NCBI GenBank assembly: GCA_013239625.1
Contig: MU053561.1
Coordinates: 5,444,439 to 5,508,438 of the forward strand
DNA length: 64,000 bases
From: Lama guanicoe
Taxonomy: Eukaryota
Direction: 5' to 3'
The notes under the pieces are model-generated. The model had not been told where the DNA came from. It saw nothing but the letters and a program-made list of their open reading frames with translations, and made no database searches. The position numbers and the translations under genes are program-made. Within the stretch, counting starts at the first letter, position 1, and each line of letters starts with the position of its first letter. Shown in pieces: positions 14,195-26,945 of the stretch.

Positions 14195-14420
14195 CAGTCC
14201 AAGCTTCTAACTTGAACAACCAGGAATGTAAGTTCCATTTAAAGAAAAGCAATAGAAAAGGGAAGAAATAGGTTTGGGAATCAAGGCAGGAAATCAGGTT
14301 ATGGTTTGTGGCATGCTATGTGAGATGCTAGTGAGACAGATACCATGTGAAAATATCAAGAGATCTGAATGTAGACCTGAAAATTGGGAGTCTTCAGCTC
14401 ACAGGGAGTAACTGAAAAAA
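14195..14420 (-). mobile_element. L2 fragment
   Basis: ccaagcttctaacttgaacaaccagg...tgtgagatgctagtgagaca...aattgggagtcttcagc. Confidence 0.6.
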
Positions 14421-14427
14421 TCTGGCC

Positions 14428-14900
14428 TTGGTAGAGATGTGGGGCAATAAGGATTTTCAGGCACTACTGATGGTGATATGAGTTGATACAACTTTTCTGA
14501 AAGGCATTATGACAATGTCTATCAACATATACTTCATGTCTTATGACATAAGAGCTCACTAAAGTCATATTCACACTAAAACATAAAAAAGAACATAAAA
14601 ATGAATGTTCATCATAGCATTATTTATAAGGGTTTAAATGTCCAACTATAGGTAACTGGTGAGTAAATCATAAATGATGAAATACATCTTCAATTACTGG
14701 CATATGATGGAATCAAAACATGTTGAGTGAAAAAGAGGGAGCTATAGAACAGCATTTAGTGTAAAGTGGCATTTATGAAACAGGTACAGTTTTCTTCTGT
14801 GTATTTATGCAAAAATATATTCTAAAAATGCTTATCTATGAGTGGCAAGATGTTGAATTTTACCCTCATCTTTATAATTTTCTATATTGTTTGAGAGATT
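14428..14900 (+). mobile_element. Old L1ME ORF2 end / 3' UTR
   Basis: ttggtagagatgtggggcaat...acaacttttctgaaaggca...gaatgttcatcatagcattatttataa...aaatgtccaactatagg. Confidence 0.7.
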
Positions 14901-15479
14901 AAAGATAACGACAGAAGTATACCATTTTTTGAACTCTATAATATAAGCTTTTATTTTTTCCTTTTTCTTAAGTGTGTAAGAATTAGAGCACAATATAACC
15001 TTGGAGGTAAACCATAAAAACAGGAGAGGAAGACCACCCTGCCTGTACAGCTGGCTTTCACATTTCAGGGCTGCATAACTAGGAACACATTGTCAAAGCT
15101 GGAGTACCACCCCAGGCTTCAGACCAAACACCTAGGCTACAGAAGTCAGTCCTGTCTGACCTAAGCCTGTAATGAGATTACTGAAATGAATGGTGACTGG
15201 GTGTTTCACGGTCACTCACAGAACTGGTTCTTGAGCCCTGACCCAGGGATTGAGCACTATAATGTGATTTTTTTGGACAAGTTACTGTAAGACCACATTT
15301 AAAGGATTAGTAAATCATGCACAAGAAAACACAGACTGCAGAGAAGCAATTAAACAGACTGACTCCACAAAAAATATTTCCCATAAGAAAGAGAAAAAGA
15401 ATAGAAAGATCATATGATAGATATAGGTCAGCCTCTCCCTTAAAGTAAATAAAACCAACAGACAGGAGGGTAATAAAAC

Positions 15480-16130
15480 AAAACAGTAGGCACTGCCACT
15501 GGTGCTGAAGCTATAAAAACCCTAACACAGTACCTGCCCTGGTATTAAGGCGTCATAGACAAGTATGAACAAATAACTATAAAACCCAGTCAAAACTCAT
15601 GCACAAGGCGCACAAGAGCTGAGAGAATATAAATAATTGTGTTTGGTGGGGAAAATCAGTTACTCTGGGCTAGGAGGAAAGATGGAGAGGATGGGATGAG
15701 GAGAGCAGTGGGCATCCCAGGCAGGGGAAGAACCTGTACAGTGGCGTGGGGGCAAAAAGCAGAGTGCTGGTGGCTTATAAGACTAGGGAGAGGTTTAGGA
15801 AGATCAGATAACCCTTATGTCATAAAGAGTTAGAACATTACTCCGTAGTGAAGAAGTGACTAGAAATTTCACCAGGGGAACGACGTACCCAGATTTGTGT
15901 TTTAAATGGATTATTCTGGCAACAATGTGGACCTTGGTGACAAGGAGAACAGTTGGAGGATACTAAGACCAGTACAGAATAAATTTAGCCACAAACCAAT
16001 TAATACTTGCAGTAGAAGCAGTAATAGAAGAATCAATGCAGCAGAAAATTGGATTGGTGAAATAGGAGGCTGACTTGAGAAACATACACAGATCATAAGA
16101 AATTAACTGAGACAGGAAGTGAATGCTTGC
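15480..16130 (-). mobile_element. L2 3' region
   Basis: taggcactgccactggtgctg...gggcatcccaggcaggggaagaacctgtac...agatttgtgttttaaatggattattctggcaacaatgtgga. Confidence 0.7.
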
Positions 16131-18149
16131 AGATTTATAGCATGCTGTAATTCTAACTCCAAGTGATAGGAGTCCTTGAAGGAAAAAAGAATGAACTAAA
16201 CAATAAGTAAGGAGTACAGTTGAAGAAAACTGAAAAATTTTAAAGGAATGAAATTGGAAACTGAAAGGTTTACCAAGTCTCAAGAAAAAGAAAAACAACA
16301 CCATCATAAAGACACAAATTTAACGTCTTTATTTTTTTTTTTCCGGTGGAGGGGGTGGGGTAAGGTAATCTTTAAGTTTTCCCAAAGAAAGACTAGATAA
16401 TATTTAAAAGAGTCAAAATCAAGAGCAATTAAGACAGTAACTCCATGGTTAAAGAGATCACGTGCTTTCTGTACTTCACTGGCTTGGCAATAAAGTCAGA
16501 GTTGTGGTGGCAGTGGCGGTTGAAAAACAAATTTTTTTTCACTGAACTACCTTTTCTTCAGGGAGCAGTGAAAGGAGTAGTTCAAGCCCTATGCCCGCAG
16601 CTAAAACAAAACAAAACAAAAACAACAAAACACCTTGTAATTTAGAGCTGCTGTAGGCAAACCATATAATATTATTACTGTGATAAAAAATAAACAGGTG
16701 ACACATGAGAAAGAAATGAGGCATGGGCAAGGTAACAAGACCAAAAGATACAGGAGGCAGGCACAATCCACAAACCACCTTATTTTTCATGGTAGGAAGT
16801 CAGAAATTACTGCTTTGTAGAAGAATATAAGTTGATCACAATTAGGTTGGAAAAAGTTTGTGGTTAGTTCCAGACTAACATTAATTCTTTGTACCTCCTC
16901 AAAAACATACGCTGTCATATATTATATGCTTGTATCACCTTGTTACTGACATTATGAGGCACTTTTATAACACATAGTTATGATTAATGTTTCTAAACTC
17001 TCAAGAAATAATGATTCATTTGTACCTTAACCTCAGTATACTTCACATAATACTTTGTGGAATTTTAAATCTAAAATTAAAATCAAAGAGCACTTTTGCT
17101 GTTCTTGAAGAAGACCAGCCTATTTAAAAGAGCTAGCAGATGACAAAAACTACCATTGAAAAGAAAAGTATTCTTAGTTATCAAGGGTCTTTAAAGAGTC
17201 AGATGGGAGGATTTTAGACAATATCTTAAAAAATAAGATAAAATGGCAAAAAAGTAAACACTTGCTAGTGATAAGATTATGGGTTACTATGCGTTGCCTT
17301 AAGTTTTTATCTTAAATGTTATCATTTTTACAATTCAAAACAAAGCTAGAAAAATCCCAAACCCAAAAATGTAGGTATACTTTGTTTATAACTATAAAGA
17401 GAAAGAGATACACATTAATACTGACTGAAAGGGAATTTGCAAACTTTATGGAAATAAAGTTTAATGTTCAGTTCTGCTTCTGGGAAGCTGAGTACATTTA
17501 TAATATAAAAATTTAATGAAAAGCAGATCCAAAAAGATTCATAGTTGAACTCTATAAAAATGAAAGATACCATTTTTCGTACAAAGTATGAATAATCTTT
17601 AAGTGGTAAGGCTTTATTTATGTGATAACAATTTTAATTAAGTTACCTACTCAACTCAGCGAAGAACAAATTTAACTGACTTTATTTGTTAAATTAATGA
17701 TTACTAATTGTTTGGGTTATAATTATATATCTGTCATTGAACAACCTCATATTATGAAATTTAAAATAACTCCTACTTTATAGTAGAGGTTTAAAAAATG
17801 TTATAAGAACAGAATTCTACCTTCAAAGAAATTTTATGAGGAATTCAAATGTACAAAAACAGATAAGACTGCCAAGTCCAATTTAAAAACAATGCTTCAC
17901 CAGTCACAGGTTTACCAGGTTAATACATAGGAGATTGTTTTAGTTCCTCAGTTCGGCTACAGTATGCATCAGTCACCTTCAAGGGGGAAACAGGGATATC
18001 TGTTAATATCGTGTTATATACTAAGGCCTCCACAAGCATCATCAATTTAGTCACTGATGATGCCCTGCTTTCTTCCTTTTTTTTTTTAATCCAATACAAC
18101 TTTTGTTTAAATGTGTAAGTCTTCTTTTATAAACTGAAAAGAGAGGAGG

Positions 18150-18390
18150 AAAAACCACTAGGAAAAAGGTGGCAAAAATTAATGACTGGACAGTTCACAG
18201 AAAAAGAAATGCAATGACCTTTAAACATAGAAAAAGATTCAACTTCACTCGTAATAAGATAAATGCCAATTAAAACAACACTGAGATACCATTTCTCACT
18301 CATCAGACTGATGAAATATTCAACATCATTGATGAGGGTGTGAAGAAGCAGGCATTTGTATAAATTGGTGGGTGCAGTAGCAAACCAAGA
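18150..18390 (+). mobile_element. Old L1 ORF2 C-terminal fragment
   Basis: ggacagttcacagaaaaagaaatgcaatg...aattaaaacaacactgagataccatttctcactcatcagact. Confidence 0.8.
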
Positions 18391-19499
18391 GTGGGTGATG
18401 GAAATAGACCATGGCAGGTCCCACAATAACGGGGTACACTGTCCATAGAGAATTTACAAACTAAAACTAAAAGCTGATCTCTTTCTTATCATCTGCCAGC
18501 AGTTTTTTCTAAATGTCAGCAACAAAATGCTCTCACAAAAAATTCTTTTGCTGTTCCAAATTCTAAGTAATTGTTGTGATTGCTGTTGAGTTTTAAAAAC
18601 ATGCAAGTAAGCTTCAAATTAGACCTAGTAATTTTTCTTAAACACTGAACTATATAGAGAAGTTAATTTGGAGAATTCCCAGTTTGGCCTCTGATTTACA
18701 TGGACTCAGTTCTACACATTCATTTCAGAAGTTAAGTTTGTAATGTTCTGAAATGGTTCAAACTCTGCTTGAGCACAGTTTGTCTCTAGCCCCTGTGATA
18801 TACAACAAATTCCTGCATTTAAACAATAGGTTCCAAATAAACAATGACAGCTGTATGCTATTTCTCTTTTCTAGGTTATCTTTTTTTTTCCTGATGGGAT
18901 GTTTTAGATGAGTTAATCAGACAAATATACTTGCAGACAGCTGGAATCAGCCTCGAACAATGACTAGTAAAACACAACGCTTTAAAAACAGTTATTTAAA
19001 GAACAGTGCACGGAAACCGTGATTAAGGTCGTTAACTATACAACAATAAAACATAAGGAAATGGACATTCCAATAGAAAAAAGAATCAAATTTTTAGAAT
19101 GCTAAGCTGCTCTTACATGACCAGAGGAAACAAAAGGGCGATGTTTATTTGAATGCCTGGTTATTAACTAGTGGATCAAATAATGTCAATGTTTGCTATC
19201 ATTCCATCATTTTCTCTTGATTTTCCAGAAAAAGAAAAATTTTAGGAGTTATTTTTAGCCAAATATAATAAAATTCAAGATGAGTTTTCTAGTGAAGATA
19301 TTTTAATAAACAGTTTTCTATTATGTACTCTTTGTTTTAAAATGTATTTTTACTAGCATGACTGCATGTTCAAAGGTTCAATAAAAGGAAATATTTAATG
19401 TATATAGTTTGTTTATATCATTATTTTATTCCATGGTCATTACTGAAAATACTTTGATCATACAGGAGAGGATGTATTAAAAAATTACCTTCACTGAAA

Positions 19500-21485
19500 T
19501 ACAGTAGGTATATCCCTGTGGAGTATAAAATGACACAACCAGTGTGGAAGAATAAATGGAGACAGTTAGAGTTGTAGTTACATAATAATAAACAGAAACA
19601 CTGGGAAGCTAAGCCAGAAATTAATAAAAATGGTTGCCTGTGGTGGAGGTGGTGAAAGGACCAAGGTAAGGGGTAGACGTAGAAAAAAGAAGCAAAAGTA
19701 TACTGAATACAGTTTGACTTCTGAAACATACAAATGTTTTACACATTGAAGAGAATAAAACTAAATTTAAAAACCTAAATAAGCAAACCTGAACACTAAA
19801 AACAAATGGAAATAAATGAACTTGACTGCACATCATGCTGGTAATATAACCACATTGAAGATAAAAAAATATTTCAAGTCACAATTGAACTTAGTACTCC
19901 GACTTGCATCCTTACTGGGATATATTCTAAGGATAACTAAAATTGCAAAGAAATTTTAAACCTCATATAATGGTTGTGGTACTAATATGAATATTAGTTC
20001 TTATAATTTTGAACCTATTTTATTTGCACTGTAGGATAAACAAATAGGTAATTATGTAGATGATATTAGAAACCAAGGTGTGCAATGGAAGACAAAAGAT
20101 ACAATTAGAACTGTAGTGTTAAATTTGTATAGCTATCAACATGAAGCCATGACTTCAAAATATATACATATAGAAAAACGTAAGTAGAATATATATATGT
20201 ATATATATGCATCCTAACTGTATCCACTAGAGGTAATAACATTCCAAAAGTAATGAACATCTTTATGTTCAGATCTTGCTTTCTAAATACCCTTTTCCAT
20301 AAAAGGAACCAAGGTTTCTTGGAGAAATGACTAGTTCCAGATCCAGGGCAGGGAAAATGTAAGTGAACCTAGGTCATTACATTTTTCTAGAAAGTAATAG
20401 AAAAACTAATGAAGGGTTGTCAAAAGGGTATCTGAACCAACTCTGAGAGGCTCTCACCAGTCGTTTGAGAGACTGAGCATTAAAAAGAGTAACAGTTATA
20501 ACTGATTATAACTAATTGAATAAATAAAAATCCATGAGTCCACTATGATATTCTAAAAAGAAAGAGGGAAAAAGGATTTCACCTGTAACCATTGGAGGGG
20601 ACTTTAACAACAAACTTCCTGTTCTCGAAACTTCTCATTAAAAGTAAAGAATTAAGCATTTATTCTGCCTTTTGGGGAAAGAACTGTTGTTCATCTCCAG
20701 GAGCAGAGGAAAAGTTCTTTACCTAAGAATGCCAGTTAATAGATGTAGAAGGAATGATAGAATTATCAATGAAAAAATTACCTCACAGATTACTTGCTAA
20801 TTTCAAAGGGGAAAAGTATATTTTATACAGAAAAGATCACATTTAGTATTGCTTGCAGTATGACAATCTGACATCCTCCTGATGCAATACAATATGAAGT
20901 ATCACCTATGACATGTTCTTGCCAAAATTTTTCATCTGATAAGCCTTTAGACCTATATTCCAGTTTACAAGAATTACAAAGGATAGAGGAACAAGATAAA
21001 AGATGCTACGAGGAAACAGACAAATATAGAATTTAGAACATTCTGGTTTCTTAAAAAGTAAATGTTCCCCTCCCCCTCCAAAATTTTCCAGAATAAAAGA
21101 GATTAAAGAGGTAAACCCAAAGGCAACATATGAACCTTGACGGGATTCTTTTTAAGAGGGGGAAAAATCTATAAAACATTGAGATAACTGGCAAATATGA
21201 ATATGGCCCAAACAGTAAGTGATAGTAAGAAATTATTGTTAATTTTCTTAGGTGTGATAATAACACTGAAAGGTATAATACTGCAAGGTGTAACAGGAAA
21301 TACATGCCAAATAGTTTAGGAATGAGGTATCATAAAGTTTGCAATTTCATTTGAAATGGTTTAGCTAAACATACACAACTCACTCAAAGGTGAGTATGGA
21401 ACCTAGGTGATGGTTATATCATACATATATCCACTGCCCTATTCAAGTTTTTTGTGGGTTTGAACATTTTTCATAACAAAAGGAT
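19500..21485 (+). mobile_element. L1MC-type long 3' UTR (L1MC3/4-like)
   Basis: gggatatattctaagga, aaaggaaccaaggtttcttggagaaatgactagttccagatccagggcaggg, ataattgttaattttcttaggtgtgataat, ending tttgaacatttttcataacaaaa. Confidence 0.75.
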
Positions 21486-21598
21486 GAAAAATAGAGAATT
21501 CTTTAGTAAGCACAATATTAACTAATCCTAGCAATATGTACTTCAACAGGACACATAATTCACAAAAAGACATGACTCATTCTATGTTCTCTGCCATT

Positions 21599-22960
21599 CA
21601 GTCTCCTCAGCAAGTGGTGTTGGGAAAACTGGCCACATATAAATTGATGCACTTAGAACACTCTCTCACACCACACACAAAAATAAACTCAAAATGGCTT
21701 AAAGACTTCAACATTAGACAAGATACTATAAACCACCTAGAAGAAAACATAGGCAAAACATTTTCTGACATAAATCTTTGCAATGTTCTCCTAGGGCAGT
21801 CTACCCAGGCAGTAGAAATAAAAGCAAAAATAAACAAATGTGACCTATTAAATTTTATAAGATTTTGCACAGCAAAGGAAACCAGAGACAAAACAAAAAG
21901 ACAACCTACAGACTGGGAGAAAACATTTGCAAATGATGCAACTGACAAAGACTTAACCTTCAGAATATATAAACAGCTCATAAAACTTAGTAACAAAAAA
22001 ACAAATAACACAATCCAAAAATGGGCAGAAGACCTAAACAAGCAATTCTCTGATGGAGACATACAAATGGCCAGTAGGCACATGAAAAGATGCTCAATAT
22101 CGCTAATTATCAGAGAAATGAAAATCAAAACTACCATGCAGTATCACTTCACACCAGTCAGAATGGCCATCATTAAAAAGTCCACAAACGATAAATGCTG
22201 GAGAGGGTGCAGAGAAAAGGGAACCCTCCTACATTGTTGGTGGGAATGCAGTTTGGTGCAGCCATTATGGAAAACAGCATGGAGATTCCTCAAAAAAACT
22301 AAAAATAGACTTACCATATGATCCAGCAATTTCACTTCTGGGCATATATCCAGAGAAAACTAATTCGAAAAGATACATTCACCCCAATGTTCATAACAGC
22401 ACTATATACAATAGCCAAGACATGGAAACAACCTAAATGTCCATCGACAGATGACTGGATAAAGAAGCTGTGGTGTATTTATACAATGGAATACTACTCA
22501 GCCATAAAAAATAAAATAATGCCATTTGCAGCAACCTGATAGACCTGGAGATCATCATTCTAAATGCAGTAAGCCAGAAAGAGAAAGAAAAATACCATAT
22601 GATATCATTCATATGTGGAATCTAAAAAAAAAAAAAGACACAAATGAACTTATTTACAAAACAGAAACAGACTCACAGACATAGAAAACAAACTTATGGT
22701 TTCCAGTGGGGAGAGGAGGTGAGGAGGGATAAATTGGGAGTTCAAGCTTTGAAGATACTAACTACTATATATAAAAATAGATAAACAAGTTTCTTCTGTA
22801 TAGCACAGGGAACTATATTCAGTATCTTGTAGAAACCTATAATGAAAATAAAAAGAAGATAAAAACAAATACATGTATGTATATGTATGACTGAAACCTT
22901 ATGCTGTACACCCGAAACTGACACATTGTAAACTGACTATACGTCAACTAAAATATAATA
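21599..22960 (+). mobile_element. Relatively young 5'-truncated L1 (~1.36 kb; ORF2 C-terminus plus 3' UTR)
   Basis: ORF 21536-22321 gives [18 protein letters not shown]...[19 protein letters not shown] (CCHC region). After frameshifts it continues as FTPMFITALYTIAKTWKQPKCPSTDDWIKKLW. The 3' UTR ends gtaaactgactatacgtcaactaaaa. Confidence 0.97.
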
Positions 22961-23369
22961 ACTCTGAAGTAAAATTTTTTTAAAAAGGAATCAATGTTGT
23001 ATCTTTTATTTCACTCAGTCAGAAGCAAAACAGCAGTCAGCAACATCTTCCCTATGATAGCAAACTGACTTCTCTACAGTCCTAGGTTTTCTCAACAGAG
23101 GAGAATTTTCTTCCACCTGACTGCCACTTGACCTCAGCTCAAAATCCTCTGAAGCCCAAGTTAACATAAATGAAGCTGCACTGAATGCCAAAAGCCTTTT
23201 AAACCTTCCACTTGGCACCAAGTTTTATACCTAGGCTTATGGCCTAAATAATAAATTCTTACAGATAACACAGCCTTTATACCTGCTCCTCCCTGATTAA
23301 CATGCACTACACCAGCATGGTCTTATCTACTCCCACAACATCTCCAATGATCACCAATATTCTAATAAT

Positions 23370-24640
23370 TTCCTGAAGGACAGCCCTACCTCTATCTTTC
23401 TCCCTGCTTCCAGACTCTCCTGCCTACTGAATGTTTTCACCTGGGTGTCCCAGAAGTCCCTCAAAAACAGCAAGCCCAAAGGTGAATTCATCACCTCTCC
23501 TCCCCTATTAAAAAAAAACTTCTATCATAATTTGCCTCAGCAGCCAAATGAAACCCGGGCATCAATCCTGGGTCTTCTCTCCCCTAATGACATACCAAAT
23601 TAATAGTAATAATAATAATAAATTGCAACAATAACTATTATAGTAGGTAACACTTACGTGTACTTACTATGTACCCGGCACTGTTCTAAGCTCAGTATAT
23701 ATACATTAATTCATTTAATCTTCACACAATCCTATGAGATAAGTATTGTGTTTCTTCTCATTTTACACATGAGGCACAGAGAAGTTCAGGAATTTGCCAA
23801 AGCACACAAAGCTACTAAGTGGCTGAGTTAGGATTCGAATCCAGGTGTTTTGGCTCTAGATTCTGTTTTCTTTAATTAATACATTATACCTCCCCCTCAA
23901 TAACCAAATACTATTGATTTCATCTTCTGAGTATTTCTCAAACTCATTCAGTTCTCTCCATTTTAACGACGACTATGCTAATCCAGGTAACCATCATCTT
24001 CTGCCTGGCTAAGCCAATAGCTTCCTAACTGGACTCCTGCCACTAGCCTTGTTGTCCAATGCAGTAGCCAGAGTGGTTTTCCTAAAGCACAAATATGATT
24101 ACATCAACCTCTGCTTTCATATATAACCTTCCAGTGGTTTCCAACTGAACAAAGAACAGCATTCAAGCCCCTCAGTATGGCTTGCAGAGCCTCCAGCTTT
24201 CCTCTTCAGCCTTACTCCCAGCCTCAACTCCTCTGTAGTTCCCTCTCCATACTCCATCACCACTGTAATTCTTACACTCCTCAAATCTTAGTTTTTCTGC
24301 TAGGGTTTGGTATGCGATGCTCTTTCTCTCTGGAACACTCTTCCTCCAACCCCTAGTCTGGCTATTTCCTATATACTCTTTGCATCTGCATTCATGTCTG
24401 TACATGGAAGTCATTTCTTTGGAGAAGACTCCTGATCTCCCAACTCTAAGTTAGTTGCCTCTCTTATTTAATTCCCTAGTGCCCTGTAATACTTTTATCA
24501 AATATACATACCCATATGCTTTCTCACACTGTACTGTAACTGCCTATTACTTGTCTGTCTCACTCCTGAGACTGCAAGCATTTAGAACAGGGACAATATA
24601 ACAAAAGCAAAAGCTCAATAAATACTGAAAAATTAATAAA
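23370..24640 (+). mobile_element. L2 (ORF2 3' part to terminus), split by a MIR
   Basis: ctgcctactgaatgttttcacctgggtgtccc, atccaggtaaccatcatcttctgcctgg, gtagccagagtggttttcctaaagcacaaatatgat, ending gctcaataaatactgaa. Confidence 0.85.
23640..23890 (-). mobile_element. MIR SINE inserted in L2
   Basis: tacttactatgtacccggcactgttctaag...tcatttaatcttcac...gaggcacagagaagtt...ggattcgaatccagg. Confidence 0.92.
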
Positions 24641-24768
24641 ATGCAAAAGAACAACTTAAAGCCTTTGTCAAATAAAACAACCTTCTTGGTCTATTTCTAT
24701 TTTTTTCTTTATAAATCTAATAATTCTTATCTCCTGGAATATTCTACTCACAACATTTATCTCATCTG

Positions 24769-24815
24769 ATTTTATTTTACTGAAGTATAGTCGATTTACA
24801 GTGTTGTGTAAGTGT
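24769..24815 (-). mobile_element. Terminal ~45 bp of an L1 3' end
   Basis: Minus strand reads acttacacaacactgtaaatcgactatacttcagtaaaataaaat, the L1 3' terminus. Confidence 0.75.
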
Positions 24816-24817
24816 TC

Positions 24818-24910
24818 TTTTTTTTTTTTTAATGGAGATACTGGGGATTGAACCCATGAACTCATGCATGCTAAGCATGTACTCTACCACTGAGCTATAC
24901 CTTCCCACCC
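24818..24910 (-). mobile_element. Camelid tRNA-Ala-derived SINE (Vic-1-like)
   Basis: Minus strand reads gggaaggtatagctcagtggtagagtacatgcttagcatgcatgagttcatgggttcaatccccagtatctccatt-A13, with pol III A and B boxes. Confidence 0.9.
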
Positions 24911-25069
24911 TATTTTATTTTTAATGATCTCTCATATCACTCAAATTATCTCCATTATTCATTTATCCTCTCAAAACTCTGAACTGTAATAATTAAGTGA
25001 AAACTACAGAGAGAAAATATAGTTTAACAAAATCCTGCTATCTTTTCATCTCTATATGCAGTCTTCAAA

Positions 25070-25128
25070 AGATCATTTTACAAAGCGATTGCCCTAGACT
25101 CTTCAAAAATGTCAATGTCATGAAAAGA

Positions 25129-25171
<43 letters not shown>

Positions 25172-25610
25172 AAAGAAAAAGGTCAAGAAGACTGCTCCAA
25201 ATTAACAGACTGACAGGTCAGGGCAAGTAAAGCAAATGTGATTCTTGTATGGACCCCAGATGTCCCAAAAGACAGAGTTAGAAAAAGGGAAAAAAAGAAA
25301 AGCTATAAAGGACATTTTTGGAACAACCGGGGGAAATCTGAACACAGCCTATATATTAAGTACTTCTACCATCTCACCCTTATATTTCTTAGGTGTGAAC
25401 ATGGTACTGTGAGTACGTAGGAAAATGGCCTCATTCTTAGGAGATACATACTGAAGTATATAAGTATGTGTGCCACTTGGCTTTCAAGTAATTTACCTAA
25501 AAAATCACACATACAAGAAAGAGAGAAAGCAAACTTGGCATTGGCTGCAAATTAGTCTGTCATTGACTCTTCTTTTCCCATTTTTGTAGGTTTGAACTTA
25601 AAAAGTTGGA
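25070..25610 (+). mobile_element. L1MC/L1ME 3' end fragment
   Basis: ctcttcaaaaatgtcaatgtcatgaaa, ataaaggacatttttggaacaaccgggggaaatctgaa, cttaggagatacatactgaagtat. Confidence 0.75.
25130..25169. repeat. A40 homopolymer
   Basis: 40 uninterrupted A residues. Confidence 0.95.
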
Positions 25611-25619
25611 GAGAAACAG

Positions 25620-25810
25620 CTGATATTTATTGAGTGATTTAAATGGGCTGGACACCAGTCTAAAATATTTACATGTATTAACTCACTTAATCCTCACAAG
25701 ACCCCTGTGAGTCTTACTATAGTATTTAATATTATTACTCCCATTTTATGGACGAGTAGCTTGAGGCATTGAGAGGTTAAGTAATTTACCCAAAGTCACA
25801 GCTAGTTATA
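25620..25810 (-). mobile_element. MIR SINE
   Basis: atttattgagtg...tttacatgtattaactcacttaatcctcacaa...gagaggttaagtaatttacccaaagtcacagctagt. Confidence 0.92.
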
Positions 25811-26150
25811 CGTATGAAGTTAAAAAAGAAAGAAAAACACAGCCTCCAAGAGGATATAACGTGAAGATAAACACATAAGAAACTATTAAATAAGGTACAA
25901 TAAACCAAGAAATGCACATATGGCATCACAGGAATTTAAGTGAAGGAAAGAAGAGTCAGTAAAGTCCAAATCCAGAGCCCATGCTTTCTGGTTTCTCATC
26001 CTGTGTCCTTCTGTGGAGCTACAGACATGACGGAAGTATCTGTCACCAGATTAGAAGACAGACTGGAACAACCACCCTAGAGAAATGTAAACTGCAGGAC
26101 AAATTCCAAACCTATTATGTTAAGGTGGCCAAATCAACAAGGGAAATGAC

Positions 26151-26275
26151 CTGGGGAGGTGGGGAATAACTCAGTGGTAGAGCGCATGCTTAGCATACAT
26201 GAGGTCCTGGGTTCAATCCCCAGGGCCTCCATTAAAAAAAAAAAAGAAAATAGACTTTGTAAAAAAGAAAGCAAA
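26151..26275 (+). mobile_element. Camelid tRNA-Ala-derived SINE (Vic-1-like) with target-site duplication
   Basis: ggggaataactcagtggtagagcgcatgcttagcatacatgaggtcctgggttcaatccccagggcctccatt plus an A-rich tail. TSD aagggaaatgac (26139-26150) / aagagaaatgac (26276-26287). Confidence 0.92.
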
Positions 26276-26636
26276 AAGAGAAATGACATGAAAGAAAGCA
26301 AAGTTAATTAATAAGTTGGTAGTTCAGGATTAAAGGTGGAGTAAAAAGGCAGATGACATGACTGAAACAGGAAACAACAATAATTGATTTTTTTTCACAT
26401 AAAATTTTGCATAAAATTAAAATTTGACTACTGTTAGTTCTAGACCTTAAAGATTAGCACTAAATGCAAAATTTTTCTTAAAATAAAATTATCAGTTACT
26501 AAAATGCTGGTGGTGACCATAAGCAGGCAGAGAGCATAAACAGGTTCCACTACAGTGGTTTATCACAGCCCAGTCTCTACAATTCAACATAGCCCCTCCT
26601 TCTCCAGCACAAAAATCCAGAAGTCTGAACAGACAC

Positions 26637-26677
26637 TAAATAAATAAATACATAAATACATAAATACATAAATAAAT
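26637..26677. repeat. (TAAA)/(TACA) compound microsatellite
   Basis: taaataaataaatacataaatacataaatacataaataaat. Confidence 0.9.
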
Positions 26678-26809
26678 GCCTTAAGATTACACAGTAGTGT
26701 CCACAAGAATACACAGACACATCAACAGCATAAGGAAATATATTTTAAAACTTCTTACAAAATACAACTTGATAAGTAAAATAACATTCCCTATGTTAAT
26801 TTATAAACA

Positions 26810-26945
26810 TTTATTTGTCTACATCGCTATCACCTTTGCTAAACTATGAGTTTCTTCAGGGCAGGAACCATGCCTTCTGGTTCACTTCTATATCCTTACA
26901 ATCTAAAACAGGTACACAAGAGGCACCCAAATGTTTGCTGAACTT
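26810..26945 (+). mobile_element. L2 3' terminus
   Basis: ctaaactatgagtttcttcagggcaggaaccatg...ggcacccaaatgtttgctgaa. Confidence 0.8.

Noticed and set aside
21536..22539. 261-aa ORF and neighbours as a host gene
   Set aside because: They are L1 ORF2 remnants with frameshifts. The antisense ORFs (21607-22137, 22144-22335) are the usual L1 reverse-strand artefacts.
26151..26232. tRNA-Ala gene
   Set aside because: It has A/B boxes but a broken acceptor stem and anticodon region, an A tail and TSDs, so it is a SINE copy. The same applies to 24818-24910.
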